Origin: a virus
IMG/VR virus record: IMGVR_UViG_3300045988_098382
Strand: one strand, 5' to 3'
Length of the DNA stretch: 64,000 nucleotides
The notes below the pieces were generated by a model. The model saw only the letters and a list, made by a program, of their open reading frames with translations, had not been told where the DNA came from and searched no databases. The stretch's first letter is position 1. Each line of letters starts with the position of its first letter. Of the stretch, positions 19,927-29,108 are shown piece by piece. The translations under genes and the position numbers were made by a program.

Positions 19927-20339
19927 TATTCTAATAATTCTAAGCTAGCATTACTAGCTAACTCATCAGCTAGATTATTACCAAAACAATCTTGATGTCC
20001 TTTAACATGGGTAAATTTTATATTTTTTACTAAAGATTTAACTCTTTCATATTCTTTATCTAAAATATTCCAGAGTTCTACATTCTTCTTTTTCTTCCAA
20101 CCCATAGTAAGACATCCTAGTACATATTGACTATCACTTATAAACTCTACTTCATCCATTGGGGTTTTAATAGACTTAAAAGCACATAACATAGCAATTA
20201 ATTCCATTTTATTATTAGTAGTATGTTTAAAGCCTTTGGAGTACTTTTTAAATACTTTACCATCCTTCATCCATACTATTCCAATACCTCCTTGGTCAAT
20301 AGAAGATTTATAAGCACCATCAGTATAAATCTGTAACAT
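19926..20339 (-). CDS. rnhA: Ribonuclease H (RNase HI)
   Basis: IYTDGA...GGIGIV (Asp motif), NNKMELIA (Glu), FISDSQYV (Asp), THVKGHQDCFGNNLADELA (His...Asp) in canonical order. Confidence 0.85.
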   Translation of the reverse strand: MLQIYTDGAYKSSIDQGGIGIVWMKDGKVFKKYSKGFKHTTNNKMELIAMLCAFKSIKTPMDEVEFISDSQYVLGCLTMGWKKKKNVELWNILDKEYERVKSLVKNIKFTHVKGHQDCFGNNLADELASNASLELLE

Positions 20340-20341
20340 AG

Positions 20342-20668
20342 TTATAAAGATATGTAATCTGCATATTCAAATACTATTCCGTTCTTTTCAGGATCAAAGT
20401 ACGTTGTAGACATACAAAAAGTATCAAAATTATGAGCTTTTCTATAACCATTTAATAAATCCCTAACGTACTTTTCAGTATCACTTATTGTGGAAATATA
20501 GCAATGTCCCTCACCTTTAATAACAATTCGTATATCTGAAGCATCATCTAAATCTCCAGTACTAGAACTAATTTCCCAAGTGCTATTATCTGTAAATAAT
20601 GCTTCTAACTCTAAATTAATATCATAAATTAAATCAGGGTCTAATTCATTTTTATTTATAATGATCAT
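20342..20668 (-). CDS. Hypothetical protein
   Basis: 108-aa ORF. Confidence 0.4.
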   Translation of the reverse strand: MIIINKNELDPDLIYDINLELEALFTDNSTWEISSSTGDLDDASDIRIVIKGEGHCYISTISDTEKYVRDLLNGYRKAHNFDTFCMSTTYFDPEKNGIVFEYADYISL

Positions 20669-20809
20669 TTTTATTCCAAAGTATTAAATAACAACGTTCT
20701 CCTTCTAAATTTGAATACCACAATATACATTGATTATCTGTAATATCTAATCTTGGATCAATTATAATTATTACCAAAATAATAGTTATAATAAGCCCTA
20801 AAATATACA

Positions 20810-21619
20810 TTAGATAACCTTAAACATTGTAACATTCTCAGGAAGATTATTCCAGTCTTTATAAGAGTTAGTAAACCATACGTGATTAAAGTTTTCTGAT
20901 AGATTCTTTATACCTTTAGGATTTACCATATGAGTGACTGCGATATTTAAACGCTCTTTAGGAATATTTAGAGCAGTAAATGCTTTAGTAATACCGCAAA
21001 ATGTACCACCACCATCACATAAATCATCAAGAATTAAAAGAGGTTTATCCTGTATATTTTCAGGATTATTTACTTTTATCTCTAAGATTTTTCCAGTAGT
21101 TAAATCCCGAACTTTACTACAAGTAATTGTAGTATTATTATATCGGAATTCATTTCTCTTTTCAGCTCCAGCATCGGGGAAAACTAATTGAAATTCTTTC
21201 CAAGTATTATTAGATGGATTTTTTTCAACGTAGAGAGGCATAAATTTAACTCCGAATTTAGGATCATAATAAACATCAGAATGAGGTTCTAGAATTTCAA
21301 TAGTCTCGGCATTACAATTTTTTAATATATTTAAGACTATTTTTAAAGTAAATGGTCTATTGAAATCCATTACTCTATCCATTCTCATACTCATTAAGTA
21401 ATAGATATTTAGTTTATATAGAACTTCATGTCTATCAAGAATATCTAAAACTTGCATAAGTATAAATAAATCCTCAGCATTAGTAACTCTACATTTAACT
21501 AATACTTGTTCCTTATGACTAAATTCTTCTAATGAAATTTGAACTTCTCCATCAGGAAATCTAGAGATAGAGTATTTAATATCACTATCTTCTAGACGCA
21601 CTAAATTTAATTGTTGCAT
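20810..21619 (-). CDS. Ribose-phosphate pyrophosphokinase-like enzyme (Prs family; possibly an ADP-ribose pyrophosphokinase of the phage NAD-reconstitution pathway)
   Basis: RFPDGE N-terminal motif. PRPP-binding loop LLILDDLCDGGGT (like ILVDDMIDTGGT). Confidence 0.7.
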   Translation of the reverse strand: MQQLNLVRLEDSDIKYSISRFPDGEVQISLEEFSHKEQVLVKCRVTNAEDLFILMQVLDILDRHEVLYKLNIYYLMSMRMDRVMDFNRPFTLKIVLNILKNCNAETIEILEPHSDVYYDPKFGVKFMPLYVEKNPSNNTWKEFQLVFPDAGAEKRNEFRYNNTTITCSKVRDLTTGKILEIKVNNPENIQDKPLLILDDLCDGGGTFCGITKAFTALNIPKERLNIAVTHMVNPKGIKNLSENFNHVWFTNSYKDWNNLPENVTMFKVI

Positions 21620-22101
21620 AATTTATAAATATAAAGAGTTATTGTTGAATCATTAGCAAAAAGTTCTTGGAGCATAGGATAAACTACTCCGTCCCAATCT
21701 CCTCCTGCTAATCCACATCCTAACTTATAAGGAATACCTATCTCTGTAATCTCATTATTTTTACAAAAGTCTTTTAAATCTAATAAAGCTTTTTTAAGAG
21801 CATCATAATCAGTATGCCTATTTTCATAAGGGGCTACTGATTCAGTAAAAGAATATTCTCCAAATAAATTAGCTACGAGATTAATAGGTTTATCCCCTGT
21901 TATACATATTTGACATTTTCCTAATAATTCTTTAGAATATTTAAGAAGTTTACAAAAATTAACATATTGTGTATATACCAAATTCCATTTATTTTTAATA
22001 GATTTAGCTATACCTGCCCCCATTACTCCCAAACAATTAGTTTGATGGGCTATAAGAGGTAAGTTTGATTGGAGTAAATCTCCATTAACAATTTCTATCA
22101 T
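21607..22101 (-). CDS. Macro-domain protein (ADP-ribose binding / hydrolase)
   Basis: IVNGDLLQSNLPLIAHQTNCLGVMGAGIAKSI matches macro-domain motifs (GD, N, G-x-G-[VI]-A). Confidence 0.65.
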   Translation of the reverse strand: MIEIVNGDLLQSNLPLIAHQTNCLGVMGAGIAKSIKNKWNLVYTQYVNFCKLLKYSKELLGKCQICITGDKPINLVANLFGEYSFTESVAPYENRHTDYDALKKALLDLKDFCKNNEITEIGIPYKLGCGLAGGDWDGVVYPMLQELFANDSTITLYIYKLCNN

Positions 22102-23651
22102 ACTAATGTTGAATTTACACGTTCACGAATCTCAGAAAGAGAATATTCTCTTACTAATTCTCCATTTACAAAGATTGTTTTAAGACAACCTTGTAGTTCT
22201 GCATCCTTAGTCTGCTGGTCATAAGCAACATACTTACCATTCTCTTTTTCAACTCTAATAAGACCTTTGAGAGAGTTCTTTGTTCCGTCGTCAGTCTTTG
22301 GATGCTTATAGATTTCTATAAGTCTACCATTAATTATACAAGCAGTTGCTTTAACTGCGAATCCCAAAGAATCACGAGACTTAAACTGATAAGTATAAGA
22401 TCCAATACCAAGAACAAGATTACAAGCTGCCATATGAGCATTCTCTAATCTAGCATAGATATCACGCTGACGTTCTAGAGTAATAGAATCTCCATAGAGC
22501 AAACCTACCTTGGTACTTGGATAACGATAATCATTTATAGTAGTATTCCATCCAAAGATTTTACCTAGCATATAATATGCCCCATAGTACTGACCTTCAG
22601 ATACTTCTACATAATGACTTTCATCATCATCCATAAATGGATTGAAATCACAGTAGTACTTACCTTCTTTCATAGCAGTATGATAGTGAGGATTTGTACG
22701 AAGACCACAAATAATGTCTACTGGATCACCACTATCAGGACGAATTACTACTCGACCATCACGCTTCATAATGTCTGCCTTGAGCTTAGGCAAGAATTTC
22801 TCAACTACCTGCCAGAAATCCCAAGTATCAGATACTATTGAGATAATACCTGTTGGATATAGATCATTAATAAGACGACGAAATGTTTCAATCTCATCAT
22901 CCTCACCTCCTGCACACATTACACTGTGTTCAGTTGCCGGAACAGTTGCAGCTACAAGTTCTTTAGTAACATCTGCATTATAATAATGCTCTACTGCTTC
23001 TATAGCTGGAATTGTTTCACTACCACAGAATGAAGTCATGTGAGCCATACCTGAAATAACAGATGCATCAAGTCCTGCCATACCTCTCATTGAAAAATCG
23101 TGGCAAGAGAAACCTAAATTTACATCTTCTGGGAATCCAGTCTTTTTAGCATGTTCCATAAGTCTCTTCTTATAAAGACGAGCACTTGTTGCAGAAGTAC
23201 AAGGAAGCCATAGAGTACAACTAATTAAAGTTTCCAAATAATTAGTCAACCAGAAGAAATTAGGAAGAGTATTCTTAATAGTCATCATAGGTACTCTTAT
23301 AGGACAAATAGAACCTTCAGGAAGAGCTTTAATTTCAATAGGAAGATATCCTAAATCATAAAGTTCTTCAATATGCTTTGTTCCAACCTGATTAATATCT
23401 ACAAAGTTACCTACACGATAAGCAAATTGCTTAATAGCTTCTTCCTTAGGAATAGCAAACCATTTGTTAAATTCCTCTATCAAATACTTCTTTACAAAAT
23501 ACTGAATACCAAATACTACAGAACCTTCTGTAGCTTCTGGGAAGTAACGATTACTTCTAGGAGTCCAGTTACTATAGACCATTTGTGTACCCTCTGGGTA
23601 CATACGATGATGACCAAGCTTGTAGCCATCAGTTGCATTAATAATTTCCAT
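22098..23651 (-). CDS. Nicotinamide phosphoribosyltransferase-like enzyme (NAMPT/NadV family)
   Basis: 517 aa. DGYKLGHH near the N-terminus, DFSMRG, GDSITLER: hallmark NAMPT-family motifs. Confidence 0.8.
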   Translation of the reverse strand: MEIINATDGYKLGHHRMYPEGTQMVYSNWTPRSNRYFPEATEGSVVFGIQYFVKKYLIEEFNKWFAIPKEEAIKQFAYRVGNFVDINQVGTKHIEELYDLGYLPIEIKALPEGSICPIRVPMMTIKNTLPNFFWLTNYLETLISCTLWLPCTSATSARLYKKRLMEHAKKTGFPEDVNLGFSCHDFSMRGMAGLDASVISGMAHMTSFCGSETIPAIEAVEHYYNADVTKELVAATVPATEHSVMCAGGEDDEIETFRRLINDLYPTGIISIVSDTWDFWQVVEKFLPKLKADIMKRDGRVVIRPDSGDPVDIICGLRTNPHYHTAMKEGKYYCDFNPFMDDDESHYVEVSEGQYYGAYYMLGKIFGWNTTINDYRYPSTKVGLLYGDSITLERQRDIYARLENAHMAACNLVLGIGSYTYQFKSRDSLGFAVKATACIINGRLIEIYKHPKTDDGTKNSLKGLIRVEKENGKYVAYDQQTKDAELQGCLKTIFVNGELVREYSLSEIRERVNSTLV

Positions 23652-24141
23652 TAATTGATTCTTTTAATGTTAAACCTATACTATATTTATAAAACACTTC
23701 AGTTATATAATCTTTAGTTTCTTTGTGAATTTTCATATGAGATTGTTGTTTAGCCCACCATGTATATTCTCTTCTTGGGTCAGCTCCATATGTTTTAGCC
23801 GCTGCTAAATAATCACATATAAGTTCTAGAACATATTTTTTAGGCATTCTAGCAGGAACTCCTCCATCATCTAAAGAATGTATCCAATATTCATAATGAT
23901 GAGGATTCCGTCCTCTATGATGAAGAAATGTTTGACTATATCCTAATATTTTACGTTCGTTTGCTAATGAACTTATATTATCGTTCCAATATTTAATGGC
24001 TCTTGAAAATTCTACATAACTAAATTTAGATAAATCATGAGTAATACCTTGCCAATATAATCCTATTTGAAAACAATATTTAGCAACATAATACTTATGA
24101 GTTAAGATTCGTTTTATTAATTTTATCCAAACTAAGTTCAT
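23638..24141 (-). CDS. Hypothetical protein, possible HD-like metal-dependent hydrolase
   Basis: GITHDLSKF ... HHRGRNPHH histidine-rich motifs. Weak call. Confidence 0.3.
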   Translation of the reverse strand: MNLVWIKLIKRILTHKYYVAKYCFQIGLYWQGITHDLSKFSYVEFSRAIKYWNDNISSLANERKILGYSQTFLHHRGRNPHHYEYWIHSLDDGGVPARMPKKYVLELICDYLAAAKTYGADPRREYTWWAKQQSHMKIHKETKDYITEVFYKYSIGLTLKESINGNY

Positions 24142-24365
24142 AACTCTGATAATTTATTTATATAAATATCTGAATATTTCTTTCCAAGTTTTTGCATTAT
24201 ACTATAGAAACTTCTTCTAAAACTACTATCTTTCATACATAATATCTTTATATTAGAAATTAAATCTTCTGATATACGTGCTTCAGAATATTCTTTAGAC
24301 ACTATTTCAGAAGATTTAATTAATTCTACTAATAAAGATACTTGATTAGCTTTTTGGTAATTCAT
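24138..24365 (-). CDS. Hypothetical protein
   Basis: 75-aa ORF. Confidence 0.35.
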   Translation of the reverse strand: MNYQKANQVSLLVELIKSSEIVSKEYSEARISEDLISNIKILCMKDSSFRRSFYSIMQKLGKKYSDIYINKLSEL

Positions 24366-24544
24366 AAGTGAGAATCTCTAATTGCTGTATAATATCCTAA
24401 AATAAAAAAGTTTTTACACTTTTCTAATTCTCTACTAGGCATTAATAGATAAGGAGACTTTGCAATTAGTGTTTTCCAAGCTTTATCTGCTTTTATTTCG
24501 ATAGTATCTGAATTCATAGTCCTTCTTTTTCTAAAGAATTCCAA
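24362..24544 (-). CDS. Hypothetical protein
   Basis: 60-aa ORF. Confidence 0.3.
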   Translation of the reverse strand: MEFFRKRRTMNSDTIEIKADKAWKTLIAKSPYLLMPSRELEKCKNFFILGYYTAIRDSHL

Positions 24545-25030
24545 TAGTCTGCTTCTAGATCATTCCAATAATCATCTAGATCACTTATAATGTCTGTTAG
24601 ATCTTCCATCAGGTATACAATATAAAATTAACCATATAATAAGGAGTATAATTATAAGTCCTATTCCTATTAAAAGTGGACTAAAAACAATCCACCACGA
24701 AATATCTCTTTAGCAACTAATAAAATAATAAAAGTTACTGGAACAACCCATCCTCCACATCCTAAATTTACATTTACCTTATCATTTGACAACATTTAAT
24801 AAAGATTTTATATAATCAATAGATTCCTTCACAGATAAGCAGTTTCCACTCTTTAACATAACGTAAGAGCTTTCACCAACTTCTTCTACTAAGGAAATAT
24901 CATCTACGGCTATTAAATATCTTCTATTAATACTATCATTGTCTAATGTTAAATCAATAAACACGTTTAATCATATTAATAATTTTTTACTAATAGTCAT
25001 CTGCGTTATGATAAGTAAGATAATATAATA

Positions 25031-25231
25031 CTATAAAGATTTAATCCTAGTACAGATTGTTTCTACAGCATTATTAAACTCTTGCTTATTACTATCTAAA
25101 ATAGTTTCTCTTAAAAAATCTAAATACGAAGTACTACGACTAGTGATAGAAGGTAATTTAAGATTTACTACAATACATTTATTACCATCTACTCTAATTC
25201 GTAATGCTCCACACTTTTTATACTTAACCAT
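25031..25231 (-). CDS. Hypothetical protein
   Basis: 66-aa ORF. Confidence 0.3.
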   Translation of the reverse strand: MVKYKKCGALRIRVDGNKCIVVNLKLPSITSRSTSYLDFLRETILDSNKQEFNNAVETICTRIKSL

Positions 25232-25363
25232 TTAAATTAATAAATATTAGTAATGCTAATACAAAAATAGGGACTAATAAGATAAACTTACTAGTCCCTT
25301 TCTTCTTGCCATCAAAGGCTTCTACAATTTCTTTTAATGTCATATGTTCATTATATAATTAAT

Positions 25364-25747
25364 TTATTTAAGAATTTTAACTTTTACGTTCTTAATACTA
25401 ATTCGTTTAGAATTTTTGGGATGTATTAATATATCAATACGATGTTTATGTCTTTTATTCATAACATCCCTAACTTCATATATCCCAAATCCTTCTATAA
25501 ACACTTTTTTAGGTTTATTCTTTGGAAATAAATAAAGTAAATCACGAGATATAGCACACCATTTAATTTTATTATGTTTTAAATGATGTAAATTAATTTT
25601 AGAACCATCAGCTGTGACTAATGGTTTATTATTACATTGACTCTTTACTGGTTGATAACAAGTAAGAGTTACATGAGTTACAGTTTGAGCAATACTTTTA
25701 GTACATAAAAAACATAATAATACTAATATAAATTTAAATCTTTTCAT
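25364..25747 (-). CDS. Secreted 3D-domain protein (MltA/lytic-transglycosylase-like cell-wall binding domain)
   Basis: Signal peptide MKRFKFILVLLCFLCTKSIAQ. TCYQP...TADG...H......A.......EGFGIYEVRD resembles the 3D domain. Confidence 0.5.
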   Translation of the reverse strand: MKRFKFILVLLCFLCTKSIAQTVTHVTLTCYQPVKSQCNNKPLVTADGSKINLHHLKHNKIKWCAISRDLLYLFPKNKPKKVFIEGFGIYEVRDVMNKRHKHRIDILIHPKNSKRISIKNVKVKILK

Positions 25748-25761
25748 TGTAAATAATCTTT

Positions 25762-26130
25762 TTAGTTATAGTATATATCACCACTCATAGTGCTAACATT
25801 ACCTGCTATAGTATTGCAAGTAATATCTCCACTCATTGTTTGTATTCCACCTTTAACGTCTTTACAATTTACATCACCACTAGAAGTACTAATAGCAGTA
25901 ACATCACCTGTAACTGAAACATTACCACTGCCAGTATGTATACTATTTATAGTACCTTCTACTTTTATTTCTATAGATGGACCTTTAAGATCTTCTCTTA
26001 AATTTCCATTTACATAAATTTTACCATTATTAATACTAATGGTTTGTGCTCCTTCTATTTTAATGTTATTAATCCAAGTAGCACCATTAATATTGTCTAA
26101 TGTTGTTTTAAATGTATTAATTATTCCCAT
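25762..26130 (-). CDS. Repeat protein with about 15-aa G-x-V/I-x-x-SGD(I/V) repeats (bactofilin/DUF4097-like beta-helix). Start at MGIINTFK.
   Basis: TGSGNVSVTGDV / TAISTSSGDVNC / KGGIQTMSGDITC / NTIAGNVSTMSGDIYYN repeats. Confidence 0.4.
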   Translation of the reverse strand: MGIINTFKTTLDNINGATWINNIKIEGAQTISINNGKIYVNGNLREDLKGPSIEIKVEGTINSIHTGSGNVSVTGDVTAISTSSGDVNCKDVKGGIQTMSGDITCNTIAGNVSTMSGDIYYN

Positions 26131-26599
26131 AATATATAAAATTTTTAGAAAATGTATACAAACAAAAAAAGTCGAGCTTATTGCCCGACCAAACATCAGT
26201 AAGTACCCCTTTGGTACTTACAAATTAAATAATAAGATTAAATAATTGGAGGCATGTATAATCTAGAATATTGAGTAACATACCAAATCCAACCCTTCTT
26301 AAATGCTTTTAAAGTTCTTTTTAAAATTTTCATCATAATAAATCAAATTTAAAGTTTAACTTATAAAATATCTAGGAGGAGAGTTTTAAAAAAATTAAGA
26401 ATCCCAGGTAAATCGCCCCTGTTAGAGATAATCTTATGGTCTCTATTTTTATTATTTAGGATTCTATAGGAATGCAAAAAACCATCGAATCATTCCAGTT
26501 CGTAGGTTCTACGACACCTAATAGGCGAGTATGCATCGTTGAGAGGCACCCTATAAGTTACGTTGCTCCTGTAACTAGTATTCTAGAGCTTTGTTATTG

Positions 26600-26677
26600 T
26601 GCAGGATGTGGGAATCAAACCCACGCAAGCCTTCACATTGGAAGTGTGATGTGCACCTTCAGCTACACTAATCCTGC
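26600..26677 (-). tRNA. tRNA-Gly (anticodon UCC) with long D-loop and 8-nt variable region
   Basis: Perfect acceptor GCAGGAU/AUCCUGC. D-stem GUGU/GCAC. Anticodon stem UCACA/UGUGA, loop CUUCCAA. T-arm GUGGG-UUUGAUU-CCCAC. Confidence 0.6.
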
Positions 26678-26690
26678 ATTATTTAATAGT

Positions 26691-26764
26691 GGACCACGGT
26701 GGGACTCGAACCCACGACATCTACCTTGCAAAAGTAGCGTTCTAGCCAACTAAACTACGAGCCC
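26691..26764 (-). tRNA. tRNA-Ala-like (anticodon UGC) with two acceptor-stem mismatches
   Basis: D-arm GUUU/GAAC, anticodon loop UUUGCAA, T-arm GUGGG-UUCGAGU-CCCAC. Acceptor GGGCUCG vs CGUGGUC has G3-G70 and U5-U68 mispairs. Possible pseudo-tRNA. Confidence 0.45.
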
Positions 26765-26774
26765 AAATTGGAGA

Positions 26775-27251
26775 TTACTCTCCAGTTAATTGTTTTATTT
26801 TAAGTTTAGCTTGTGTTAATTTATAGATTAAATCAGATATAGTATTTTTATTATCTTTAAGTCGTTTTCTAAGATCTTTCATAGATAATTTCATACTATT
26901 AAAGTTCTTTAAATTATTTGCTATAGATTCTAATTCTTCAAAAGATTTAGTATCATCAAACAAAGATATATTAACTTTAGCTTGTAATTCTTTAATTTTA
27001 AGATTCTGCTTTTCAATCTTATTTTCTAAAGATTTAATCTTATTATTTAAAGAATCTATACTAAGTCCACTCTCTAATTCGTCTATATAAGACTCTAATT
27101 CTCCAACTTTTTGTTCTAAACCAGCATAATGCTTCTTTCTTTCAGCATCATACTCTTTAAAACTATTTATTTTTCTTTTTAAAACAGCTATAATAAAATC
27201 CTTTTTATCATAAAAGTTTGCGTCAGATTGATAATTAAAAGTTTTTTCCAT
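26775..27251 (-). CDS. Coiled-coil protein located inside the tRNA array
   Basis: 158 aa, heptad-rich (LEQKVGELESYIDELESG...KIKELQAK). Confidence 0.5.
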   Translation of the reverse strand: MEKTFNYQSDANFYDKKDFIIAVLKRKINSFKEYDAERKKHYAGLEQKVGELESYIDELESGLSIDSLNNKIKSLENKIEKQNLKIKELQAKVNISLFDDTKSFEELESIANNLKNFNSMKLSMKDLRKRLKDNKNTISDLIYKLTQAKLKIKQLTGE

Positions 27252-27272
27252 ATTATTTATTTTTTTAATTAG

Positions 27273-27356
27273 TTGTCTAGGAGAGATTCAAACTCCCGAA
27301 GCTAAATAGCGGCAAATTTACAGTTTGCTGTGTTTGACCACTTCACATACTAGACA
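27273..27356 (-). tRNA. tRNA-Tyr (GUA), class II with long variable arm
   Basis: Acceptor UGUCUAG/CUAGACA perfect. D-stem UGUG/CACA. Anticodon stem GCAAA/UUUGC, loop CUGUAAA. T-arm GGGAG-UUUGAAU-CUCUC. Confidence 0.8.
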
Positions 27357-27417
27357 ATTTTTAGTAAGATTAGCGTTATCCAATTCACACCACGTGGAGG
27401 TTCTTACTATGTGAATC

Positions 27418-27497
27418 TTGCAGAGGCGGGATTCGAACCACTTTGTGCGACCTCTTGGTTATGAGCCAAGCGAGATAACCAACTTCTCCACTCTGCG
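27418..27497 (-). tRNA. tRNA-Met-like (CAU) with C1-A72 mismatch (initiator-like) and a weak T-stem
   Basis: Acceptor CGCAGAG/CUCUGCA. D-stem GAGA/UCUC. Anticodon stem CUUGG/CCAAG, loop CUCAUAA. T-loop UUCGAAU present but the 5' T-stem half is imperfect. Confidence 0.45.
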
Positions 27498-27508
27498 ATA
27501 TTAAAAAG

Positions 27509-27580
27509 AGCTTCAAGTAGGATTCGAACCTACGACCTGCTCATTACAAGTGAGCTGCACTACCACTGTGCTATTGAAGC
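27509..27580 (-). tRNA. tRNA-Thr (UGU)
   Basis: Acceptor GCUUCAA/UUGAAGC. D GCAC/GUGC. Anticodon stem GCUCA/UGAGC, loop CUUGUAA. T-arm GUAGG-UUCGAAU-CCUAC. Confidence 0.85.
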
Positions 27581-27725
27581 TTAAATAAAAGCGAATATGG
27601 CATTAGACGGGCAAACTATCGTGACCATATTCTAATAATACATTGAGCTATCAGGCATACTCGTGGATTGCCACCGCTACCTCTAACAACCACCCAGTTA
27701 ACAACTAGGTGCTCTCCATTATTTG

Positions 27726-27802
27726 CGGAATATAAGGGACTCGAACCCTTAGTTTTACTAGAGTGACAGTCTAGTTCCCTTACCAACAGGGCTTAATACT
27801 CC
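27726..27802 (-). tRNA. tRNA-Asp (GUC)
   Basis: Acceptor GGAGUAU/AUAUUCC (one G-U). Anticodon stem CUAGA/UCUAG, loop CUGUCAC. T-arm AAGGG-UUCGAGU-CCCUU. Confidence 0.7.
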
Positions 27803-27813
27803 ATATATTTTTG

Positions 27814-27893
27814 CGCCTAGACTAGGATTCGAACCTAGGAACCTTTCGGGGCAAGTTAACAGCTTGCTGCCGTTGACCACTTGGCTATCTAGA
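27814..27893 (-). tRNA. tRNA with anticodon GUU (Asn-type) but a 12-nt variable region and a 3-bp D-stem
   Basis: Acceptor GUCUAGA/UCUAGGC. Anticodon stem GCAAG/CUUGC, loop CUGUUAA. Variable CCCGAAAGGUUC. T-arm CUAGG-UUCGAAU-CCUAG. Confidence 0.5.
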
Positions 27894-27906
27894 CGAAAGT
27901 CCTGAT

Positions 27907-28062
27907 TAATCAGGACATACAGTTGAATCAATAGCAGTAGTATCAACTACTGTAGTATCAACATTAATAGAATCATTTGAAGTTGAATTTACTGAATTAT
28001 TTGAACCAGTAGAACAACTCAAAAGTGTAAATAATACACTAAATACAAGTAATTTCTTCATT
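27907..28062 (-). CDS. Small lipoprotein (51 aa)
   Basis: MKKLLVFSVLFTLLSCSTGS... signal peptide + lipobox LLSC. Stop codon sits in the loop of the GUCCUGAUUAAUCAGGAC hairpin. Confidence 0.35.
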
Positions 28063-28124
28063 TTTTATTCTTTTTTATCGTATTGACTATTATAAATCTA
28101 AATTTTATTATTCAAAATATAATT

Positions 28125-28171
28125 TTAATAAAATTTAAAAATGAACCGAGAACTTCCCAATTCTCGGTTCT
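28125..28171 (-). terminator. Rho-independent terminator (minus strand)
   Basis: Perfect 10-bp stem GAACCGAGAA-(8 nt)-UUCUCGGUUC followed on the minus strand by AUUUUUAAAUUUU. Confidence 0.6.
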
Positions 28172-28340
28172 GTGTACTAAGGTAAGTACGACCCTTCCAA
28201 TTTCATGTTGAAATCTTCAAAAAAGTCAGTATATTTATAGATATATACATCTGGGAATCAGGTTAATCGTGAAATTCGTAACTATAACAGTCCTAACCCG
28301 TTTGTGATGTAAATATAATTTAATTATAAAATTATAAAAG

Positions 28341-28562
28341 TTAATTTTTGTTTACTTTATTATTTTTAATTAAATTATTTATTTCTGTTTCTGTGAGTTC
28401 TATCTTGTAATCTCCATAACTTAAAGAATAATTAAAATCAAATAAATAGACAAATTTATTATCTATATATTGAGCACATTGTGGAATTACACTAATATTA
28501 GTAACTGTAAATTTAATATTGTCTAAAACAATACTTTCATACAATTTAAATTTGCTAGTCAT
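28341..28562 (-). CDS. Hypothetical protein
   Basis: 73-aa ORF. Confidence 0.4.
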   Translation of the reverse strand: MTSKFKLYESIVLDNIKFTVTNISVIPQCAQYIDNKFVYLFDFNYSLSYGDYKIELTETEINNLIKNNKVNKN

Positions 28563-28727
28563 AATAAACTAAAAGAGGGAACTCTAAATAGAGTCCCCTC
28601 AAAAGATTGAGTTTCCTTTTAATTATCACGACTATAATTCACGTTTCACAACGTTCAATAAGTATTCCTTATTACTGATGTTATTATAGTCGTGAATTTT
28701 TTTTCTAAAAATAAAATCTTAAAAATT

Positions 28728-29105
28728 TTAATTCTGAATCATAGCACGAAGCTCTTCAATAGATTTATTCTCAAGAGCTTCATCCTCTTTCTTTGCGATA
28801 AGCTCAGCAATACGTTTGTTACGAGCATCAATCTGTGCTCTATTAATATTATCTTTACGAGCCTTTAATTTAATATTAATTACATCTTTTACGATGCTGA
28901 AACGAAGTTCATCATCATTTTCTTCAGCTGGAAGCTCTTCAATGAAAGACTTCTTAGGAGCCTCACTAATTTTCTTATCTAGCATAATAGCTAAAGTGTT
29001 AAGATTCTGCAGAGATAAGTCGAACAAATCTTCTGTAGTAATCATACCCTTGTTTGTCTTAAAACGTAATTTTTTCTGTAATGCTTCTTTGTACATTGTT
29101 GTCAA
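28728..29105 (-). CDS. Hypothetical protein (charged, helical)
   Basis: 125-aa ORF. Confidence 0.45.
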   Translation of the reverse strand: MTTMYKEALQKKLRFKTNKGMITTEDLFDLSLQNLNTLAIMLDKKISEAPKKSFIEELPAEENDDELRFSIVKDVINIKLKARKDNINRAQIDARNKRIAELIAKKEDEALENKSIEELRAMIQN

Positions 29106-29108
29106 TTA

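Noticed and set aside
26472-26753. Plus-strand 93-aa ORF
   Set aside because: Spans two minus-strand tRNA genes (Gly and Ala-like). Its reading frame is simply the complement of tRNA sequence.
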